From positions 4,928,001-4,992,000 of the forward strand of contig OY970192.1 in NCBI GenBank assembly GCA_963708135.1: DNA of 64,000 nucleotides, read 5' to 3'. The translations under genes were made by a program, and so were the position numbers. Under the pieces are notes generated by a model. That model searched no databases. It had not been told where the DNA came from and saw only the letters and a program-made list of their open reading frames with translations. How positions within the stretch are numbered: the stretch's first letter is position 1; each line of letters opens with the position of its first letter. Positions 59,490-64,000 of this stretch are shown piece after piece. Source of the stretch: an uncultured Gemmatimonadales bacterium. GTDB taxonomy: Bacteria > Gemmatimonadota > Gemmatimonadetes > Longimicrobiales > RSA9.

Positions 59490-60293
59490 CTACGCACAGC
59501 ACCGAGCGAACAGCGCCAGGGTCCGCGCCCAGGCATCGCGGGCGGCATCGAGGCGGTACGATGGCCGGGTGTCGTTGAAGAAGGCGTGCCCGGTGTCGGG
59601 ATAGATGTGGACCTCGACGTCATGGCCGGCGGCGCGCAGGGCCTGCTCGAAGGCGGGGACGCCGGAGGTGATGCGCTCATCCTGCTCGCCGTAGAAGCCG
59701 ATCAGCGGGCAGGCGAGGTCCTTCATGATCTCCGGGTCCGGCGAGGGGCCGTAGTAGATGGCGGCGGCGCACAGCCCGGGGTCGGCGCCGGCGAGGCGGG
59801 CGGAGAGGTTGCCGCCCAGGCAGTAGCCGGTGCTGGCGACGCGGCCGGTGCAGCGCTCGTCCTTGCGCAGCGCGCGGGCGACGCCGAGCAGCGTGCGTGT
59901 CCACGCGTTGACGGGGCGGTCGGGGCGGAGCACGAGCGCCATGGTCTCGGACAGGGCGTCGCGGCGCTCCGGCTCGAGCTCGGCCAGGGCGGCGTCGCGC
60001 GCGGCGGTGTCGCGCCAGACGGCGGGAGGCGCCTCATCGAGGAAGGCCTTCAGCGCGTTGATGCGCTCCGCCGCCAGCGCGGCCGGGCGCGTCCCGTCCT
60101 GCGCGTACAGGTCCGGCGCCACGGCCAGGTAGCCGGCGGTGGCGAAGCGGTCGGCGAGGTCCTCGATGTGGTCGTCGACGCCCCACACCTCCTGGATGAC
60201 GACGACGGCCGGCAGCGCGCCCCTCGCGTTCGCCGGCCGTGCGGCGTACGACGGCGTCCCGGCGAGGACGAGCTCCTCACTGACCAGCTTCAT
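59490..60293 (-). CDS. Dienelactone hydrolase family protein
   Basis: QEVWG, APDLY, GYCLGG, GHAFFND; ATG at 60293 with a purine-rich RBS. Confidence 0.9.
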   Translation of the reverse strand: MKLVSEELVLAGTPSYAARPANARGALPAVVVIQEVWGVDDHIEDLADRFATAGYLAVAPDLYAQDGTRPAALAAERINALKAFLDEAPPAVWRDTAARDAALAELEPERRDALSETMALVLRPDRPVNAWTRTLLGVARALRKDERCTGRVASTGYCLGGNLSARLAGADPGLCAAAIYYGPSPDPEIMKDLACPLIGFYGEQDERITSGVPAFEQALRAAGHDVEVHIYPDTGHAFFNDTRPSYRLDAARDAWARTLALFARCCA

Positions 60294-60423
60294 GGTTCTC
60301 CCCTTCCTTCGAGGGACCGGTGCGGCGGGCAAGAGGGATCGCGAAAGGTAGAAGGATCGTGCGCGGCTCGCGACGCCAGGCGCGGGACGGGCGACGCTCG
60401 CGGCTCGTTCCCCGGCGCAAGAA

Positions 60424-60604
60424 GGGCACCTCGGGGCGATGAGGCGGCCTCGCGGCGTGAGGCACCCTCGCGGCGTGAGGGCACCCTCACGGCGTGAGGC
60501 ACCCTCGCCGCGTGAGGGCACCCTCGCGGCGTGAGGCCCCCTCGCGGCGTGAGGCACCCTCGCGGCGTGAGGGCACCCTCGCGGCGTGAGGCACCCTCGC
60601 GGCG
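60424..60604. repeat. Tandem array of about ten 18/19-nt hairpin units
   Basis: Consensus (G)GGCACCCTCGCGGCGTGA; no spacers. Confidence 0.9.
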
Positions 60605-60629
60605 GCCGCGGGTCCGGAACTGCCTGTCC

Positions 60630-60822
60630 CGGAGACAACGGAGGAAACGGAGGGAACGGAGCGGGGGGTCAGGGATGGCGGCGGAGAAGGCCGGCCAACG
60701 GGCGCTCTCCGAAACCGGGATCCGTTCCTTAGTCCAGGCGTCTGGGGCGCTTCGCTACACGGGGGCCGGGGGGAATGGTACGTTCCGTTCTCAGTTCCCT
60801 CCGTTTCCCCCGTTTGCTCCGT
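60630..60822. repeat. Long inverted repeat (MITE/REP-like)
   Basis: ACGGAGGAAACGGAGGGAAC (60638-60657) vs GTTCCCTCCGTTTCCCCCGT (60794-60813), one mismatch in 20. Confidence 0.7.
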
Positions 60823-60843
60823 GTCAACGCAGTTGGAACCCAG

Positions 60844-61036
60844 AGCAGGCGCCGCCGGTGAGGTGGGCCGACAACGCCGATCCCGCCCCGGTGAGGCCCC
60901 TGGCAAGGCCAGCAGGCGCCGCCCGCGAGGTGGGCCGACAACGGCCGATCCCGCCCGGTGAGGCCCCTGGTAAGGCCAGCCGGCGCCGCCGGTGAGGTGA
61001 GCCGGTAACGCCGATCCCGCCCCCGGTGAGGCCCCC
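60844..61036. repeat. Three tandem 67-bp direct repeats (third truncated)
   Basis: Units start at 60844, 60911 and 60978 (AGCAGGCGCCGCCGGTGAGGTGGGCCGACAACG...). Confidence 0.88.
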
Positions 61037-61058
61037 GGCGGCGTCGGCCGGCGCCGCT

Positions 61059-64000
61059 CTAGTCCCCCGCGACGGGTATCTCCCACCCGGGCTGGGTGCC
61101 TGGCTCGGCCGGCCGGGAAGCGGGCCTGCCGGTGGGGCGCTCCGCCTCCTCGCGCGCGGGGCTCTTTGCTCGCGCCCTGCGCGTCAGCCGCGCCGCGAGC
61201 CAGCCGCCGAAGTCGTCGAAGTACGTGTAGGCCACCGGCACGACGACCAGCGTGAGCATGGTCGAGGTGATGAGGCCGCCGATCACGGCGCGCGCCATGG
61301 GGGCGCGGAAGCCGCCGCCCTCGCCCATGCCCACGGCGATCGGCAGCATGCCGAAGATCATGGCGGCGGTGGTCATCATGATCGGGCGCAGCCGCACGCG
61401 GCCGGCCTCGATCAGCGCCCGGTGGCGCTCCGTGCCGGCGGCGCGGCGCTCGTTGGCGTTGTCGACGAGCAGGATCGCGTTCTTGGTGACGAGGCCCATG
61501 AGCATGATGACGCCGATCATGCTCATCATGTTGAAGGTGTCGCGCGTGACGAGCAGGGCCAGGAGCACGCCGACGAGCGAGAGCGGCAGCGAGAGCATGA
61601 TGGCGAAGGGCTGAGTGAAGCTCTCGAACTGGCTGGCCAGGATCAGGAAGATCAGGATCACGGCCAGCAGGATGGCCTCGAGCACGTAACCGACGGTCTC
61701 GACGAGCTGCTCGGTCTGGCCGCCCAGATCGACGCCGTAGCCGGGCGGCATCTTCACCTCGGCGACGGCCTTGTTGATGGCGCTCGACGCCTCGGAGATG
61801 GAGAAGCCCGGCAGGTTGGTCGCGCCCACCGTCGCCACGCGCTCCAGGTTGCGGCGGTCGATCTCCAATGGCGCGCTGCCGCGCACGATGGTCGCCACCT
61901 GCGAGAGCGGCACGGTCTTGAGCGCGCCGCCCACGTTCTTGCGCGTCGTCGCGATCGGCAGCGTCTCGAGGTCGGAGAGCGAGGTGCGCTCCTCGGGCGC
62001 GACCTGCACGACCACGTCCCGCTCCTCGCCCGTGGGGTCCTCCCAGTGCGTGGCGGTCTGGCCGGCCACGAGCGGCCGCACGGTGGCCGCCACCTGGCCG
62101 ATGTCGAGCCCCAGGTCGTTGGCGACGCCGCGCTTCACGTCCACGCGGAACTCCGGCCGCGGCTTCCCGAGCGACGACTCCACGTCGGTGATCCCGGGGA
62201 TGGCGGCGATCTTCGCGGCCACCGCATCGGCCACCTTCTGAAGCTTCACCACATCCGGCCCGTGCAGGTTGACCTGCAGCGGCTTCTGCGGCGGGCCGAA
62301 GCCGGCCACGTCGAGCACGGCGATCTGGACGCCGTAGATCTTCTGCAGCCGGTCGCGGGCGTCGATCATGATCTCGGCCTGCGAGCGGCTGCGGTCCGCG
62401 GCGGGCACGAGCTTGACGTAGACCTCGCCGTGGTTGACCGTGCCGGTCGCGCCGGCGCCCACGGTGAGGTAGTCGTAGTCCACGCCATCGATGGAGCGCA
62501 GTGCCCGGTCGACGGCCAGGGCCTTCTCGCGCGTGTAGTCGAGCGAGGAGCCCTCGGGCGTGTGGAAGGTGACGGAGAACTGGCTCTGGTCGGACTCCGG
62601 CATGAAGCCGCCGCCGATGAGCGGGAAGAGCAGGAAGGCGCCGACCAGCGAGGCGAGGGCGAGGCCGAGCGTGCTCTTCCGGTGCGCGAGCGCCCAGCCG
62701 ATGATGCCGCGATAGCGCTCCGCCTGCGCGTCGAACCAGCGGTTGAAGGCGCCGATCGGCGCGGTCACGCGGCCGAGCAGGCCGTGCGCACGGGCGTGCG
62801 GCTCGACGCCCCACCAGGCCGCGAGCATCGGCGTCATGGTGAAGGAGACGAAGAGCGAGATCAGCACAGCGAACGCCACGGTCAGGCCGAACTGGAAGAA
62901 GAAGCGGCCGATGATCCCGCCCATGAAGGCGACGGGGACGAAGACGGCGACGATCGAGAGCGTCGTCGCCATGACGGCGAGGAAGATCTCGCGCGTGCCG
63001 GAGAGGGCGGCGCCGAAGCGGTCCTGCCCGAGCTCGCGGTGGCGCACGATGTTCTCGATCACCACGATCGCGTCATCCACCAGGATGCCGATCGAGAGCG
63101 AGAGCCCCATGAGCGTCAGCATGTTGAGCGTGAAGCCCAGGGCGCGCATGAGCACGAAGCTCGAGATGATCGAGACGGGCAGCGCGAGCGAGGTGATCGC
63201 CGTCGCCTTCCAGTCGTTCAGGAAGAGCATGACCACGAGCACGGTGAGCAGCGCGCCCAGCATGAGCTCGGAGATGACGTCGTGCACCATGGTGCGGATC
63301 TGGGCGGAGTTGTCGCGCACGACGCGCAGCCTGGCGCCCTGCGGCAGCACGTCCGACAGCCCGCCGATCGCCTGCTTGATGCCGTCCGCGACCTGCACGG
63401 TGTTGGCGCCGGAGACCTTCAGCACGTCGAGCGCGATGGCGCGGTTGCCATCCACGAGCGCGAGCGAGCGCTCGTCCTCCGTGGCGTCCTCCACCCGCGC
63501 GACCTGGCCGAGCCGCACGGGCTGGCCCTGGCGGTTGGCCACCACGATGTCGGCGAACTGCGCGGGATCGGTGATGCGCCCCGTCACGCGCACGAGCTGC
63601 TCCTCCGGACCGCGCTCGACCCGCCCCGCTGGCGCCTCGAGGTTCTGCTTCTGCAGCGCGGCCATGAGGTCCGTGGCGGAGACGCCCAGCGCCTGCATGC
63701 GGCTGGGCAGCAGGTTCACGCGGATCTCGCGGGTGAGCTCGCCCGCCAGCTGCACCTGCCCGACGCCATCGACCGCCTCGAGCCGGCGGCGGATCACGTC
63801 GTCGGCCAGCCGCGTCAGCTCCACGGCCGGCGTGCGGTCGCTGGACAGCGCGAGCGACAGGATCGGCAGCGCCGACGGGTCGAACTTCTGCACCGTGGGC
63901 GGCTCGATGTCGTCCGGCAGGTCGCGCCGCACGGCGTCGATCTTGGCGCGCACGTCCTGCGCGGCCTGGTCGCCGTCGCGGCCGAGGTTGAACTCGATGA
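61059..64000 (-). CDS. RND efflux permease (AcrB/CusA family), 5' end beyond window
   Basis: GILVDDAIVVIENI, VFVPV, GLVTKNAILLVD, RLRPIMMT. Confidence 0.95.
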   Translation of the reverse strand, partial: IEFNLGRDGDQAAQDVRAKIDAVRRDLPDDIEPPTVQKFDPSALPILSLALSSDRTPAVELTRLADDVIRRRLEAVDGVGQVQLAGELTREIRVNLLPSRMQALGVSATDLMAALQKQNLEAPAGRVERGPEEQLVRVTGRITDPAQFADIVVANRQGQPVRLGQVARVEDATEDERSLALVDGNRAIALDVLKVSGANTVQVADGIKQAIGGLSDVLPQGARLRVVRDNSAQIRTMVHDVISELMLGALLTVLVVMLFLNDWKATAITSLALPVSIISSFVLMRALGFTLNMLTLMGLSLSIGILVDDAIVVIENIVRHRELGQDRFGAALSGTREIFLAVMATTLSIVAVFVPVAFMGGIIGRFFFQFGLTVAFAVLISLFVSFTMTPMLAAWWGVEPHARAHGLLGRVTAPIGAFNRWFDAQAERYRGIIGWALAHRKSTLGLALASLVGAFLLFPLIGGGFMPESDQSQFSVTFHTPEGSSLDYTREKALAVDRALRSIDGVDYDYLTVGAGATGTVNHGEVYVKLVPAADRSRSQAEIMIDARDRLQKIYGVQIAVLDVAGFGPPQKPLQVNLHGPDVVKLQKVADAVAAKIAAIPGITDVESSLGKPRPEFRVDVKRGVANDLGLDIGQVAATVRPLVAGQTATHWEDPTGEERDVVVQVAPEERTSLSDLETLPIATTRKNVGGALKTVPLSQVATIVRGSAPLEIDRRNLERVATVGATNLPGFSISEASSAINKAVAEVKMPPGYGVDLGGQTEQLVETVGYVLEAILLAVILIFLILASQFESFTQPFAIMLSLPLSLVGVLLALLVTRDTFNMMSMIGVIMLMGLVTKNAILLVDNANERRAAGTERHRALIEAGRVRLRPIMMTTAAMIFGMLPIAVGMGEGGGFRAPMARAVIGGLITSTMLTLVVVPVAYTYFDDFGGWLAARLTRRARAKSPAREEAERPTGRPASRPAEPGTQPGWEIPVAGD

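Noticed and set aside
60424..61036. CRISPR array
   Set aside because: Repeats are head-to-tail with no unique spacers, and there are no cas genes in the window.

Overview
Very GC-rich bacterial chromosomal window. The gene complement (duplicated orphan ABC permease, TPR Ser/Thr kinase, many secreted peptidases and hydrolases, TamAB, TonB receptor) suggests a Gemmatimonadota/Acidobacteriota-like diderm; this is inference only. It holds about 40 mostly ordinary CDSs, and I saw no rRNA, tRNA, CRISPR array or integrase. Highlights: (1) a hidden, probably secreted selenoprotein peroxiredoxin. Two ORF-track fragments are joined by an in-frame TGA at the peroxidatic position (T-K-G-U), with a bacterial SECIS-like hairpin just downstream. 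It faces a ccdA-tlpA pair and ends an apparent marR-emrB-prfC operon. (2) A translationally coupled module of Asp-to-Glu pseudo-receiver, double-domain KaiC-like ATPase and GAF histidine kinase, with no kaiA/kaiB. (3) A lower-GC restriction-modification island inserted after heme ABC genes; its uncharacterised nuclease has a 1-nt frameshift at the predicted catalytic Asp. (4) A leaderless marR promoter overlapped by a candidate operator. (5) A possible ECF sigma relic and many structured intergenic repeats.
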